The translations under genes were made by a program, and so were the position numbers. Positions 1 to 13,259 of a stretch of 64,000 nt of DNA are shown here, piece by piece. Each line of letters opens with the position of its first letter. Positions within the stretch are counted from its first letter, which is position 1. The stretch is taken from positions 1,178,001-1,242,000 of the forward strand of contig BCGN01000006.1 of the NCBI GenBank assembly GCA_001599295.1. The letters are read 5' to 3'. A model generated the notes under the pieces. The model made no database searches. It was not told where the DNA came from and was given only the letters and a program-made list of their open reading frames with translations. Origin of the DNA: Sporopachydermia quercuum. Lineage: Eukaryota.

Positions 1-1183
1 TGACTGGGGAAAACCAATGTTTCAGCAATAACAGTATTTTCTCGTCTTGAAGTAGCGAAGACAATGATTTCAGCAATGTCTTGACCAATAAGAGGCTCAG
101 ATCCTTTATATACATTGGCAGCAGCATTTTTATCTCCTCTGAATCTGACAATGGAAAATTCAGTTTCAACTGCGCCAGGGTCAACCTCAATGACTCTAAT
201 TCTTGTATCAATCAGTTCTTTTCTCAATGAATGAGAAAATGATCTTACTGCTGCTTTAGTTGCACAGTAAATACCTCCACCAGGGTAAGGATCTCTGCCT
301 GCAATTGAGCCCAAGTTAACGATATCTCCTCTGTTACGCTTCTTCATTCCTGGCAAAACAGCTTGGGTAGCTGCAATTAATCCTCGGACATTAGTATTAA
401 ACATAATGTCAATATCATCCTGGGAGATATCACCTATTTTCTCAACGCCATGGACCATTCCACTAGATTTCAATCATAGTCAGTATACACTCATCAAATC
501 AAGAAAAATCATTCAAACGTAAATTTACTCTTGCTTAGCAACAATCCATATTACACTTACGCATTGTTAATGAGAATATCAATTTCCTTGAATTCTTCTG
601 GTAAATCCTCAACAAATTTAGTAACTTCACTGGCTTTTGAAACATCCAATTTAGCTGCCAACACTTTGATGTCCTTATACTTCGATTCCAAGTCAGCTTT
701 AGTCTCTTCCAGTCTTTCAACTCTTCTGGCGGTTAAAATAAATTTAACCTGTCCATTTGATGCAGCGGCAAACTCGTAAACTGTGTCTTTTCCAATTCCT
801 GCTGAAGCTCCAGTGACCAAAATGGTTTTGCCAGCTAATCTCTCGGCGGCTCTTGATCCATATGACATTTCCGATGGATTTCTAGCTCTAGTACTACGTA
901 TGCTACTAGTTGATGAACCTCGTTTGGAGAAACCTGTTGATATCCAACGAATCGACTGAATTGAATTCAATTGACAGGTTTTATTTTCACAATTATTGTA
1001 GTTATTGCAAATATTTATACCTTTATTTCCAATTCTTTGTTTATTGCTTTTCTCTCCTGAAATGAATAGATTAAACTTGGGGAGTCCCTGTGTTATAAAT
1101 GTCCTTTTTGATAGTAATTGATAGTCGAAGCTTATTTTTGCTCTATTTAAGCAACGGCGAATCTTCCCGACAGACTGGAACAT
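1..1183 (-). CDS. NADP-dependent short-chain dehydrogenase (YMR226C/YdfG-like); 3' end runs off the window; one intron
   Basis: TGASAGIG Rossmann motif and YCATK catalytic motif (exon 2). Intron 560-463 (GTAAGT...TACTGAC...TAG) restores NNAGMVHG. Homologous start MSYGSRAAERL at 868; upstream in-frame ATG at 1183. Confidence 0.92.
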
Positions 1184-2110
1184 TTTCCTGTTGTTCAGTA
1201 TTATACAGAAGGTGGTTTGCAAATGAGATGATAGTTGGAATTGACGATATTGTAATAGGATATTGAATAATGACTCTAGAGAATATGTAATAGATAAAGA
1301 AAGAGTTTACGAATAGGTTGTTACTAGGTGAGCTTTAGTTCTAGGGTTAAACAAAAGGAAAGAAAAGGAAAGGAAAGGGCTCTGAGAAGAAGAAAGCAGA
1401 TGGTATAGAATGGGAACTGGGAATGGGAATGTTCCAGCTACGCTCTATACAGATGATTTGGGATAGGAGGTTGAATGATTGACAAGAAACGATGATTTAT
1501 ATTTTCAGACTGTAGACGAGAAATAAATCGGTTTCTGGTTTCCACATCTTTAGTAGATAGAATAGAGAAAATACAGTATAATATACTATTGAATCAAATA
1601 TATATAAGTAGATCTTTCAAGCCACAGTTTGTTCCTGATAAGCAAAGTGTCAATTGAGTGCCATAGTATCAGGATTTATCTGGTTTGAATAGAAGTCAAT
1701 TGGCTTGAAATTAACCAGCTTGAGGATGAAACATTGTAACTACTGGATTGATCAACGTAGATCTCATAGAGTAATGCATATTTTGTTCGTTGATTAGCTC
1801 ATTCATTCAATCAACTGCTCAATAGATGGGGAGATTATATGGGGAATCGATTGCTGCCATATACAGTACATTACTCGCAAGCGCATACTAAATCTAGTAA
1901 CTGATTAAGGTGAAGCAGAAAGTGTACGGAAGAACTGGGTAATTAATGATTATTTGAACCAAGTTTGAAAGAAGCACCCGTCGCAATCCGTCGGGAGATT
2001 TGGTACCTTATTGATGTAGAATTGAAGGTACGAAATGAAAATAAAACTGGCGAAGAAACCTGACAGGATATGGTAGTAAATGATTCGATCGATCTAGTAT
2101 GATACAATAT

Positions 2111-2197
2111 GATATGAGATGATATGATATGAGATGATATGAGATGAGATGATATGAGATGAGATGATATGAGATGAGATGATATGAGATGAGATGA
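2111..2197. repeat. Compound pentanucleotide microsatellite (GATAT/GAGAT)n
   Basis: Direct run of GATAT and GAGAT units forming a 15-nt higher-order unit; explains the spurious ISSHL/ISYHL ORFs. Confidence 0.95.
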
Positions 2198-2307
2198 CGA
2201 TTTGTTGGACAGCTCAATGGAAATTGAGTAGAGTACCTCAACTCTACTTGGTACAACTTGTAGATGTATATTCGAATTTATTAAGCAATCTAGCAAAACA
2301 ATGAGAT

Positions 2308-4937
2308 TCATAGAGAGCATCCTTCCTCAAAGTACCTCACTCTACTACTTTGTAACCAATTATGATTCAGTTCGTTTTTGAAAGCTCTTAGCTTCTCAAT
2401 TACAGTCTGGGGATTTTCCTGACTTGAGCGTGAATTGGCTCTTTGGGGATATGAACTAGCAAATTCAAATTCAACAGTGAATCTCAGAACGGATCCTCTC
2501 ACCACAGAATTCATACTCTGGGGTCCGCAGCTTAGAACAGCAATATTTGAGTCATATGTTTTTATTATTGCTGATAAATAACTAAGAACCTCTGTGTTTA
2601 AGTTGGGCTTCACAAAATGAACATTCAGCTTTTTAAGAAACCGCGCTCGAGTTTGTTGCTGAAGATAGTTTTTATAGTCATAGAGCGAACTATCTCCTTC
2701 TCCACGTTTGAAGTCTTGTCTATTCATTATTCCGTTTGATGTATTGTGTGAAGAAATGTTAGGAGAAATTAGGCAGTCTGTTCTTTGTCGATTGTATCTA
2801 TATTTATGATCTACCTGTCTTACCTGTTCAGTGTCCGGTCGTTGTATCATAGGCTCTGTCAGTGTGGCTGAATCAACTCTTTTGGCTGCTTCTTCATACA
2901 TACGAGAACTTGACAATTCAACACTTATGTCATCTTGCGCAATGTTCGGAGATTCTTCCAAAAACCGAAAAGAACTGTCTGGTTCGGTTTTGTTTTCGAG
3001 CCTGCTACTGCTTTCAGACTTCAGGTACTGGTTTTCCAAGTATGAGGATTCCCTTTCTTGGACATCTGATGTAATAAATGTGAACAATTGAATGTTTGGA
3101 AATTTAAGTAGATGAGTTAACTCGTTGATCCACAATTCAAGAAACTTCTCATTTTTAACCACCAGTAGCATTCTAATATGGGTATCAGGTTGTTTTTGTT
3201 TTTCTTGGGATCGATGCTGGACAAGATTCATTGCGTATGAGAATCCCAGAGAAAATCCTGCCCCTCCTGTTACTATCAGGACTTTTTTGAAATTATGCAA
3301 AGGCACAGATGAGCCATAAGGACCTTCGATTAAAATATTCAGTAATGTTGATGTCATTTTTGTTTCTTTCAATCTTGTTGCCAAATCCAAGGTTAATCCA
3401 TTTTTCACTTTCATACAAAACATGAATTCACCTGTTGATTCACACGTTGTTGCTTTGATCAAAGTAAACGGGTGAGATTGATGCCAGACCTTCGGTGAGT
3501 ACAAGAAATGAACGTAGGCATAATGGCCAGGTTTATAATTCCACCACCGAGAATATGTAATGGTAGCTTTGATAATTTTCGCTTCTTCGATGTATTGAAA
3601 CTTTCCTTTGCATGGTATTCCACTTGTGATAGTTTTGAATACTCTCATTACTAGATCTAATGCTAAAAATATTGCAGGAAGAATTATATATTCAGTCCAA
3701 CCTAACATATAACAGTGAAACCATGTACCGACGATGAATATCACAGCAAGACAATAATGGACAGCCTTGAAGCAATCATAAAAGTATCTTCTGAAGTATC
3801 TAACTGATCCTACAACTATTAATGCACCAATTATGGTTGCAGTGTTTGCCCATTTGAATTTGATTAAAGTCCAGCGACTTAAATAATCGTGCTGATGTTT
3901 AGCATAGTACACATACATTAATCCATGGATACAAACTAACAGGAAGCAAGTTCGAGCAAGCCAGCGATGATACCAGATGATGGTGTTTTGATTCCAGCTC
4001 GTGTAGCATGTTAATATTCTATTTCTTGTGTTTAACATTAAGGGAACAGGAAGAAGTGTTATAGCTAGTATCCCTGCTCTGTCTGCTCGATAAACGAGTT
4101 TCATGTCCTGTTCAGAATTGAATATTGTGTTCTGCTTGTATGCTGGATAACCCACCAAAAGCATGATGAGAACGATCAGACTGTTGATAATTATCAAAAG
4201 TCGTGCGATTCCAAGAAACGGTAGATTTACTCCTCTTTCGGATTTTTCTCGTCCCACAGTTTTGCTGAAAACATAGTACTCCAATCGTTTAAACAGTCTG
4301 GAATGGAACAATGCGATGACCCCGGGGCACAGCCATTGCATCATATGAATGAAAGACGAGGTAAGAACTACTATTCCCCAGAATATGATCAGCCCAATGC
4401 TATATGTTTGAACGTTAGTTGTGCTATCCTATTTATTATCCGTCTCAAAATGTCATACGTAATCGTCACTTACCCTAGTAACGTTGATTGGTTTCTTGTC
4501 CTTTTGAGGTCTAAAACCGATTCAAAGCTCGCTTTATATGTTTCCTTGTCAATTATGAACGGATTATATAATGTATCATTAACATCTTTGGCGTCAATAA
4601 GGTAATTTGTAGCATTTTGAAACTGATATGCCAACGCTTTAAACGTGTATTGAACTTTTGCTTCAGAGAAGCATGTATTTAGGAGGTATTGGTATGCTTC
4701 TGTTATAACATCCACTGATTCTCCATTGTTGTCGATGCATGTGAGAATGGTTCCTAGAAAAGCAGAATCTCTGCATCGACAAGCATAGCTCAGATCTGGT
4801 CCGTTACAATTAAATTTATATGTTGAAATGTTAGCTGCATACAAACAGGCCCCACCAACCGTAGATGACAATCCATAGGTTCTTGCTTGAGAATACGAAG
4901 ACAGGGAGATAATAATCAACAACCCACTCAAAATCAT
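2308..4937 (-). CDS. Ferric/cupric reductase (FRE family), exons 4937-4474 and 4399-2308
   Basis: Signal peptide and Cys-rich N-domain; heme His pairs (WYHRW...IHG, VHY...FHC); HPFT, EGPYG, GGAG and CGP motifs. Intron 4473-4400 (GTAAGT...AACTAAC...TAG) joins the two ORFs in frame (LLG|IGLIIFWG). Confidence 0.92.
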
Positions 4938-5710
4938 TGTGGAAGCACACTATGGCTATATCAGACAAATATATTTGTAATGTATCAATTAAAAAGTAGC
5001 CCAGCCTGTGTCATGTGTTTCCTCCACTAGCTCTTTCTCATTCTTGTTGGCTAAGCTTTTCTTTCTTTCCTATCTATTACCATATAAAAGTAATAAAAAA
5101 AAAGAGTAAATCCTGATTACCTATAAAGCAGCTGTTGCTTATTTCAAGTTAGTGATTGTATGACTTGTGACTTGGGATCTACACAAGGGCGGTAGTTTTT
5201 AGTTTTGCGCTTTGTGGTTGTTCATTGTTTTGATTATTTTGCTTTGTGCTGCTTTTCAAAATATAGATACAGAGGCAATCTGAGTGTTGACAGTGAGCAC
5301 CTTTTTGTTTACTTACATATCTAAAGGTTGTTGCTATTGTGACTTTTTCCTTTATAAGTGGTGTTGATGCTTGCATTTTTACATACCTTCAGCCTTAAAG
5401 AGCTCAAGTTCTTAAATACAGATAGATAGATACCTTTGAACCTTTAAAAGCATACCTGAAAGTTAGGTCTGTGATACAGAATACTACCACAGCTTCGAAT
5501 GGTTGAAAAATGACAAGCGTCACGATAAAATACATTGATCACTAATATATGACAAAATACATATAATACACTAAAAAGTTGATGGAAAAACAGTTGAATA
5601 GATTATGGAAATGATAGTTAATGTAGAATGATGAGTTATGAGTTGGCATGAGAGATGGTGAATTAATAGTTTGATAAATAGTACATGCTATTGGGATGTG
5701 TAAGCTTATT

Positions 5711-7630
5711 TCAGCTTGTCTTTGCAATGGCTTTCAATATGTTGAATGAGTCGTCATGATCTTTGCTTGATGTTTCATTACCATCAGAAACTCTATTGGT
5801 AAGTATCTGAGATAATTGTTTGTTCGTCTTATTAATGTACATTCCTAGTAGCGTATTTTTGGGGTTGTCGACGATATTCGCTGCTCCGGCCCCTAATACT
5901 GCACTGATCTTATGCACCCCGACGTGGAGTTTGTCTACTGTGTCTTCAAGAACCCTCTCATCAACAATGCTTCTATGAATCATATCGATTGCTGCGGCCA
6001 GATCTTTTGTTCTCTTATGGAAATGACCTATTGGTTCTTCAGAAAACTCTTTGGATTTGACGGATGAGAATTCACCAACTTTTTGAGTTGATTCTAGAAC
6101 ATTTTCCCATTGTTTTTTCTCTTGTTTCAGTTTCTGCAACCGTTCTTCGAACACATTGATCATCTCTTGATTCTGGATATTTTGGGCATTCGGAACAAGC
6201 TTCCTACTTCGATCTTGATCTGAGTTTCTTGTCCACCAATTGGTTGATATTTTTCCGTTCTGGATATCTTTTACCAGATCTTCCAAAATAATTTTACATA
6301 TATTCACTGCTGTAACATCATCAGCAGTGTATTTCTTGTTTCTTCCTCTCCCTCTCCCATTACCAGCTAAAGCCTTTATCTCTTGTGCCTTCTCTTCAAA
6401 CTGTCGAAGCTGTCGTTGGAAACACCAAGAGCTTAATTGACGCATTTTTTGAGGTTCAGGCAAATCATTATTCAAATGTTTGTAAAACTCTTCCGGTCCG
6501 ATATCATTGTGAGGTATACCTTCGAACCCGTTTCCTATTGAACTGAGACGTCTCCCGCGTAATGACATAGAAGATCTTCGAAACTCACCTGAAGATCCAG
6601 TTTTCCGAATTGTATCATCTTTTTTCTTATTCTGTATTCTTCTGCTAACTGGTGAATCAGGAAACGGTATTGGTATTTGCTGAGTAACTGAATCAGCCAG
6701 TTCATTAGTTGGTATTCTTATCGGTTCAGGCGAGAGGTCCATAGGTTGTAATCCGAGTTCTGACTCAAGTTGCTCCTTATTCTTAAAAATAGAATTATTT
6801 TTCGACGTCGTTAGTTTGGTTTTTGGCTGTGACTTCTTCTTGGGTTTTAGTCTAGACTCCGAGTCTTCTTTAGCTTCATGGTTACCATTAGAGTGTTCTG
6901 CCTGAGATAATTTGTCGGATTTTTTCCTTTTCTCTGACTTGTCTGACTTAGAAGATTTGCTTGTTTTGTTTGCAGCCAATGAAAACTTTGGCACTGCACC
7001 TACAACTAGATCATCCTTATCAGAAGTAGTTCTATATTCTGTGTCTTGAGCCCCATTGTCGCTATCAACAAGAATACTCAAACTTCCCCCTAGTTTAGCT
7101 CTTTTAGCAGGTTTATCTTGTTCTTCACTCTGTTTGCTCCTCTTATTAAGACCGGTTGATTTCCCTGATCCCGCATCTTTTCTCGACATATCCTGCTTCT
7201 CTGCTGTGCTCTTAACATTAGGTTTTGCCTTTGCTTTTGGTTTTCGCTTGGTATCCGCAGCCACAATCTCGTCCTCTCCCTGTATTTCAATTATTTCATT
7301 TGCTGTAACTGTTGAATTTTTCCGCTTCGAGGTTAGTTTTGAAGTTGATGCTTTCTTCTTCACATCGAATGTCCTATTTGTCTTCGACTTCTCTTCACGT
7401 TCTGTATCAGCTTTCCTTCGAAAAACAAAGCCACCATCTTCTTCTACGTCTTCCTTTGCTTTAGCCTTCTTCCCCCTTCCAAGTCTCAATTTTATGGGTT
7501 TCGTTTCTATCGTAGAAGATTCGTTTAGTTTCGTTTTCTCGTTATCTTGAATCCTAGCAGATCGTCTCCTTGATGGTTCTAGCGGAGGATCCACTGTGGC
7601 CTTTTTCCCACGGCCCTTTTTAGGAGGCAT
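5711..7630 (-). CDS. DSN1: Kinetochore MIND/Mis12 complex subunit Dsn1/Mis13
   Basis: RRSSMSLRGRRLSS, PHxxIxxEEFYKHL, DLPEPQKMRQL..WC, VPNAQN followed by coiled coil; N-terminal DGGFVF motif. Confidence 0.88.
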   Translation of the reverse strand: MPPKKGRGKKATVDPPLEPSRRRSARIQDNEKTKLNESSTIETKPIKLRLGRGKKAKAKEDVEEDGGFVFRRKADTEREEKSKTNRTFDVKKKASTSKLTSKRKNSTVTANEIIEIQGEDEIVAADTKRKPKAKAKPNVKSTAEKQDMSRKDAGSGKSTGLNKRSKQSEEQDKPAKRAKLGGSLSILVDSDNGAQDTEYRTTSDKDDLVVGAVPKFSLAANKTSKSSKSDKSEKRKKSDKLSQAEHSNGNHEAKEDSESRLKPKKKSQPKTKLTTSKNNSIFKNKEQLESELGLQPMDLSPEPIRIPTNELADSVTQQIPIPFPDSPVSRRIQNKKKDDTIRKTGSSGEFRRSSMSLRGRRLSSIGNGFEGIPHNDIGPEEFYKHLNNDLPEPQKMRQLSSWCFQRQLRQFEEKAQEIKALAGNGRGRGRNKKYTADDVTAVNICKIILEDLVKDIQNGKISTNWWTRNSDQDRSRKLVPNAQNIQNQEMINVFEERLQKLKQEKKQWENVLESTQKVGEFSSVKSKEFSEEPIGHFHKRTKDLAAAIDMIHRSIVDERVLEDTVDKLHVGVHKISAVLGAGAANIVDNPKNTLLGMYINKTNKQLSQILTNRVSDGNETSSKDHDDSFNILKAIAKTS

Positions 7631-7920
7631 TTTGCAGGATCTTTCTTCTCCCTTTATTTTTGAGTGGGTCCGACTACTTTTTATAACTAAAGCAGTGATA
7701 GTCCACTATCAATTAATAATTAATGGTGGTACACCTTCCCTCTCAGATCTTAGGTTCAATGTTTTGATCTAGGGTTCAAGTGTCTATTTCCTTTAAAGTT
7801 AACTACAACTAGCTCCATTTAATACCTATTAATATTAATGTATTCTTATTATTATTATGCTACTATTTTTTCAAGTTATAGCACTCATGTATTGTTCATT
7901 ATATTCAATTGTAATTAGTT

Positions 7921-7975
7921 TGTTTATTTGTTTATCAGTTGTTTTGATTTTTTGAAGTTCGTGATGTTTGTTTAC
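7921..7975 (-). promoter_or_regulatory. Forkhead-type sites upstream of DSN1
   Basis: TGTTTAT at 7921 and 7929 and TGTTTAC at 7969, about 300 bp upstream of the ATG. Confidence 0.5.
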
Positions 7976-8388
7976 AGTTGGAGGGAAATTTATTATTTAC
8001 TTAAAGATTATGTAATCTGATATATATTGATTATCATCAGGGGGGTGCCACAAGATACTATTAGAATGGGTTCTGGGACACTCAATTGCTGGCAATCAGA
8101 TGTGTTATGGGTATTTTTGGTGTAACTATTACATCCACATGATTGTTATATAATGAGTGTTTGGATTCTTTTTTTGCTGTATTAATGAAAACTGTTTTTA
8201 TTATTAGTGTTAGGAGTGCCCTAGTTGGAATAAAGAGCGTCAGGGCTCAATTAAAAATTATGTAGTATTCACAGTATGCATTTCATAATAGTACACTCGC
8301 GATGGAAGTCTCTTCGAGAACATCATGTCAGATTTATATACAGAAGGTAAGATCAAACTCAAAGATTCATAATGCATGAAAATAATCA

Positions 8389-9918
8389 TTACATTTCATT
8401 GGCAGTATCGTCAGTTCTCCTCTTTTTAGCGTACTTGAGTAATGCTTCTCTTGGATCTTCTGTCAGTTCTTTAGCTGAGGCTTTATAAGTCTCTTCATTG
8501 AAAGTATTCAAAGCGTTCTTGGGTGGAGCCTCTGGAAAAGCTCTTTTCGCGCCTGATACTTCTTTCGATGACGTTCCAGTCCTAACATTCGTATTTTCGT
8601 ATGCTGTTTTGCCCATATCTGACAAATCCACAGTAATTGAAGAATCCTCGTCAAAGTGCCTGATTTTATAAGATTTCTCCAGCACCAGTTTTGCTCCCTT
8701 GTCAGATAAAGAAGGGGAAAATAAAACGCTGATAGACCCATCAGAAAATCCTGCTAAAATTTGATTTGTCTTAGTATGCCAATTAACACATGTGACATTC
8801 TTTGGTTTCTCTAACTTCACATTGAAATCTATTTGCTGAATAGTTGATAGATCTGACTTATCTATCACATGCAAATTATTCCTTTCTCCAGTTAAGATAT
8901 ATTGCCCATCAGGAGAAAATAAAGCATTGACACTCTGTGAGGCGCATTGTAGTGACTCTCGAGAGAGTACTGGTTTAGTAAAGTTTCTCTGGTCCCATAG
9001 TTTTATTGTATTATCAGTAGACCTCGTGAGTAAATAATTGCTATCAATGGGATTGATAGTAATAGTTGTTGTCCAAGCTCCTTCAGCATGAGCATTCTCC
9101 ACTAAAGCTAGAGGTCTTATAAATGGACCTTTAGTGTTCCAAGTGCATAGTCTACCAGATTCATCACCAGCAAATATCTGCTTCCCATCTTCAGAGAAGG
9201 AACATCTGGTAACTTTACATTTCCCACCAGCCCCCTTCAATTTAGGGTTTTTCACAACAATAACGTTCTCCTGTTTGTTCAAGGATTTGTTAAGATCCCA
9301 AAACCTCAAAGTAGAATCCAATGAAGAAGTCATAAATTTACCATCAAGCTGAGGATGCCATGCTACATCAGACACTTCAGCAACATGTCCTTTAGTATTC
9401 TTCATATCCATCAAATACATATCACCTGATTTGAACTCTTGGATACCTTCCCCATTTCTATCATATAAATTGAAAGAAGATGCTGAACTTATAGCAAGAA
9501 CATTTTTGTTATCTTTTGCAAAACACACTTTTCTAATTCTATGGGTTTCTAATGGCTCCACGGACTTGAATGCGTGTTTCTTTGCAGGATCCATTCCGGA
9601 AAAATCCCAAAACTTTAGAAATCCATCACCTCCACCAGTTATAAGTCTATTTCCTGACAAGTCTTGTGTCATGGAGCTCACTGCTTTCTCGTGCGCTTCT
9701 GGTATCTTAAGCTCATGGGATATGGGGACTTCTTCGTAGATATCGAAATCATCATCACCATCACTATCACTATCACTATCACTCTCACTATCGCTCTCTG
9801 TGCTTTTGCTTCTCTTGTTTAGTTGTAGAGCCTTCCATTCAGGTCTTGCTGCCCTTTGATATCTCTGCTCTAAATTTACAGTGACCTTCTGCTGGCCAAA
9901 ACTTGTAGGTAATTCCAT
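8389..9918 (-). CDS. WD40 protein, WDR70/GAD-1-like
   Basis: LPTSFG N-terminus, PISHEL, FWDFSGMD, GDMYLMDMKNTKGHVAE and C-terminal EDPREALLKYA, all typical of WDR70. A GATAGT hexamer repeat encodes an SD tract. Confidence 0.85.
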   Translation of the reverse strand: MELPTSFGQQKVTVNLEQRYQRAARPEWKALQLNKRSKSTESDSESDSDSDSDGDDDFDIYEEVPISHELKIPEAHEKAVSSMTQDLSGNRLITGGGDGFLKFWDFSGMDPAKKHAFKSVEPLETHRIRKVCFAKDNKNVLAISSASSFNLYDRNGEGIQEFKSGDMYLMDMKNTKGHVAEVSDVAWHPQLDGKFMTSSLDSTLRFWDLNKSLNKQENVIVVKNPKLKGAGGKCKVTRCSFSEDGKQIFAGDESGRLCTWNTKGPFIRPLALVENAHAEGAWTTTITINPIDSNYLLTRSTDNTIKLWDQRNFTKPVLSRESLQCASQSVNALFSPDGQYILTGERNNLHVIDKSDLSTIQQIDFNVKLEKPKNVTCVNWHTKTNQILAGFSDGSISVLFSPSLSDKGAKLVLEKSYKIRHFDEDSSITVDLSDMGKTAYENTNVRTGTSSKEVSGAKRAFPEAPPKNALNTFNEETYKASAKELTEDPREALLKYAKKRRTDDTANEM

Positions 9919-10522
9919 CTTTCAGTAGCTTTTATTACACAGAAATAAGATACATCTTCATAATGATGAGCAGTAGCAGTTCACTTGTACTCCTGAGTCG
10001 CAGTCCCAAATTCTCTTTTCAGCAGTTCCTCTCATGCACTTCCTTTCTTCTCTTCTGTCGTTGTCTACTTTCCCGTTTTCAAAGCAATGTGATCAATAAA
10101 AGTATACATTAATTTGGTCTTCTCATTGTCTTTCTCATTTTCTTTTATCATTATTGTCAAAATCTCACATAATAAACAGAGAAAACATCGTCAAGTCTCT
10201 TCCTAGACTCGGAGATTGTCACATGCCAGAACGACACCACCTCCAGGACAATCTGCTTGGTCGGATTATTCGCTTTTGTCTCAATCGCATGTCTCACGGG
10301 TAAGAGGGAAGACATCTCTTTCGTAAGGAAGAATTAATAGACAATCAGAATCCAATCACCATCCTTTGGATTTTTCATTAGATATGCTTGTTGATCAATT
10401 AAGCAAATCAGTTATTAAGTAGGATTATGTAGGATTACTGTTATTATTAGTATTTTTGCTGTTATCACTGTGTCATGTATTGACGTACCCTTTAGGAGAT
10501 ATCGATACCAAATTACCTAGAA

Positions 10523-11205
<683 letters not shown>

Positions 11206-11391
11206 GTTCTTACGGTAGAAGTCAATATTATAATCGGGTAAAATGCCTCGATGAGGTTGTGATTACATACATTGATGATACTTTCCATATATGAACAAGG
11301 TCATTAACTGATGAGAAACCATAGTTCAGTCTGTACAATCGCTATTGAATTATCAACACCCAGCAGAACATAAAAACTGTCACTACCCAAA

Positions 11392-12604
11392 CTACTGTGT
11401 TGGTCCAGCGAATAAATTACTCATCAAATCCTGAAGCATATTTCCTTGTTTTTGAGGATATATTCCAAAGGCAACTTCACCAATCTTGTTAACAACAGTT
11501 GCTAGTGATGCATTCTGATTAATAACACCAGCGTATCGATGAATCAATCTCTCAAACATCTCCTTTGATCTTTTCTCTGCTGAAAGAACCAGTAGTTGTA
11601 TGAAATTCACAAGCTCCAGTTCAGAATAAATATATATCGTATGGTCACCTGCTGTTATCTCTTCAGGGGTGAAACGCTCAGATGCATTTAGTTTAGATAA
11701 GAATAAATCAATGGCCTTCCATACATGTTTGAAATCCAATCCGCCAAAATAAGGGAAAACTACTCTTGAAAGGTATGCACCAGCATTGGTTTCATTTTCA
11801 TCTTCTTCATACCATCCGTAGAGATAGTTGACTAAAGGCTCAAGTCCTTCAGGTGTTCCATACACTAAGTGTTTCTCCGCATTATAAATATCATTTCCTA
11901 AGACATAATAGTCAGAAAAAGTGCACATTCTAAACATATGTTTTACAGCACATCGTCCAAAACAATTGACTTACCTTCTAAAAATTTCATTCCTAAAGCA
12001 TAATGAAGTTCAGGGTCCCCAGTCTCGTTAGATCCAAATTTACTTGACCACCTATAGTTAATCATACATGTCAGTAAGCCAGTCAAAAGATTCTGATTAT
12101 ATCACGAAATGTAATGTAAACAAGGGTTCAACATACGAAATTGCATCAGCGGCTATCTTTTTCAAAGTTGGTTCGTCTGCAGGGAAATTGGTAATCAGTT
12201 CAACTACTTTGGCTTTGGTTTCATTATCAACAGGAATCTCGGCTTCTTTGAAAGTGTCCAGTAAGTATAAAGTCAAATCGCTTGCACTGGCAAATTCATT
12301 GACTTTCTGCAATTTTTGTGCGCCGTGATACAACACGTCTATAGCATCTTGATAGCTTTTCTGTTTCCTATAACGATTGGCTACTGTTCTGATAGCCTGA
12401 TGAGCTTCATAGAAAGACTTCTCTTCAATTCTATAGACATCTGTTAGATTTCGTCAAAACAGCAATTGCAGGAATATTTAATCGATAGTCCCTCTAGCTG
12501 AAATATAGGTAGATTCGACCTAGTTGTTACATTGCTTCCAACTCTGCGACATACCTTTCTTGCACCCGTTGCAGGGTACGCTCAAGCTTAGCATTGGTGG
12601 TCAT
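11392..12604 (-). CDS. GET4: GET pathway protein Get4, exons 12604-12555, 12430-12137, 12051-11975, 11897-11392
   Basis: Spliced product reads KLERTLQR..RIEEKSFYEAHQAIRTVANRY...ISWSSKFG..GDPELH...MLQDLMSNLF. All three introns have GTATGT or GTAAGT donors, CTRAC branch points and TAG acceptors, and all keep frame. Confidence 0.92.
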
Positions 12605-13259
12605 TGTAATGTATTCTTCTCCAGATTGTATCTCAGTTTAATCCATTTCAATCCAATTCAATCCAAGCCACTAACACCTTCTCAGAAACTCTCTACGTTC
12701 CATCAGACGTATTTGTCTGTCTATTTCAAACGAAATACATTAATGTTGTGCTCATCAAATTGTTCTTTTCTGTTTTTTCGTCCTTTACCGGTAGCTCCCA
12801 CTATTCATGTGATTATGTAACCAGTTATAATCTCTTTCAGTCTTATGTTGCGTGACAAATCACCCGGACACAGTAATACGTCTCACTTCCTGCCAAAGGA
12901 GACGTCAAGTTCAATCCATCGTGTTGAGTGGTCATTACGGGGGATTGAAGGTTGTTTGTCATCATCATCAGCACACTTTCTCATCTCAATTGATGAAATA
13001 ATCGGAAAAAGGGCTTGTTTTAGTAGCAATTGACTGAAAATTGCTTACTCAGGTTAGAAAACTAGGATCACCCTTGCTACCTGAATTCTGTAGGAATTGC
13101 TAAAATAGAGCTATGCTTAACTAAAGTAGTTTGTCATTCATATTCACTGTCACAACGAAATAGAAACAAATACACACGTGAATAATTTGCTAACAGTTGC
13201 TAACATCAATAGCTGATTATAGTTTCGATCTACCTATATATTATTACTGAGTGTCAAAT

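Noticed and set aside
1943..2320. ORFs with ISSHL/ISYHL peptide repeats
   Set aside because: They are translations of a microsatellite with no other coding signal.
4344..4473. Ferric reductase split into two ORFs (pseudogene or frameshift)
   Set aside because: A canonical 74-nt intron joins them in frame.
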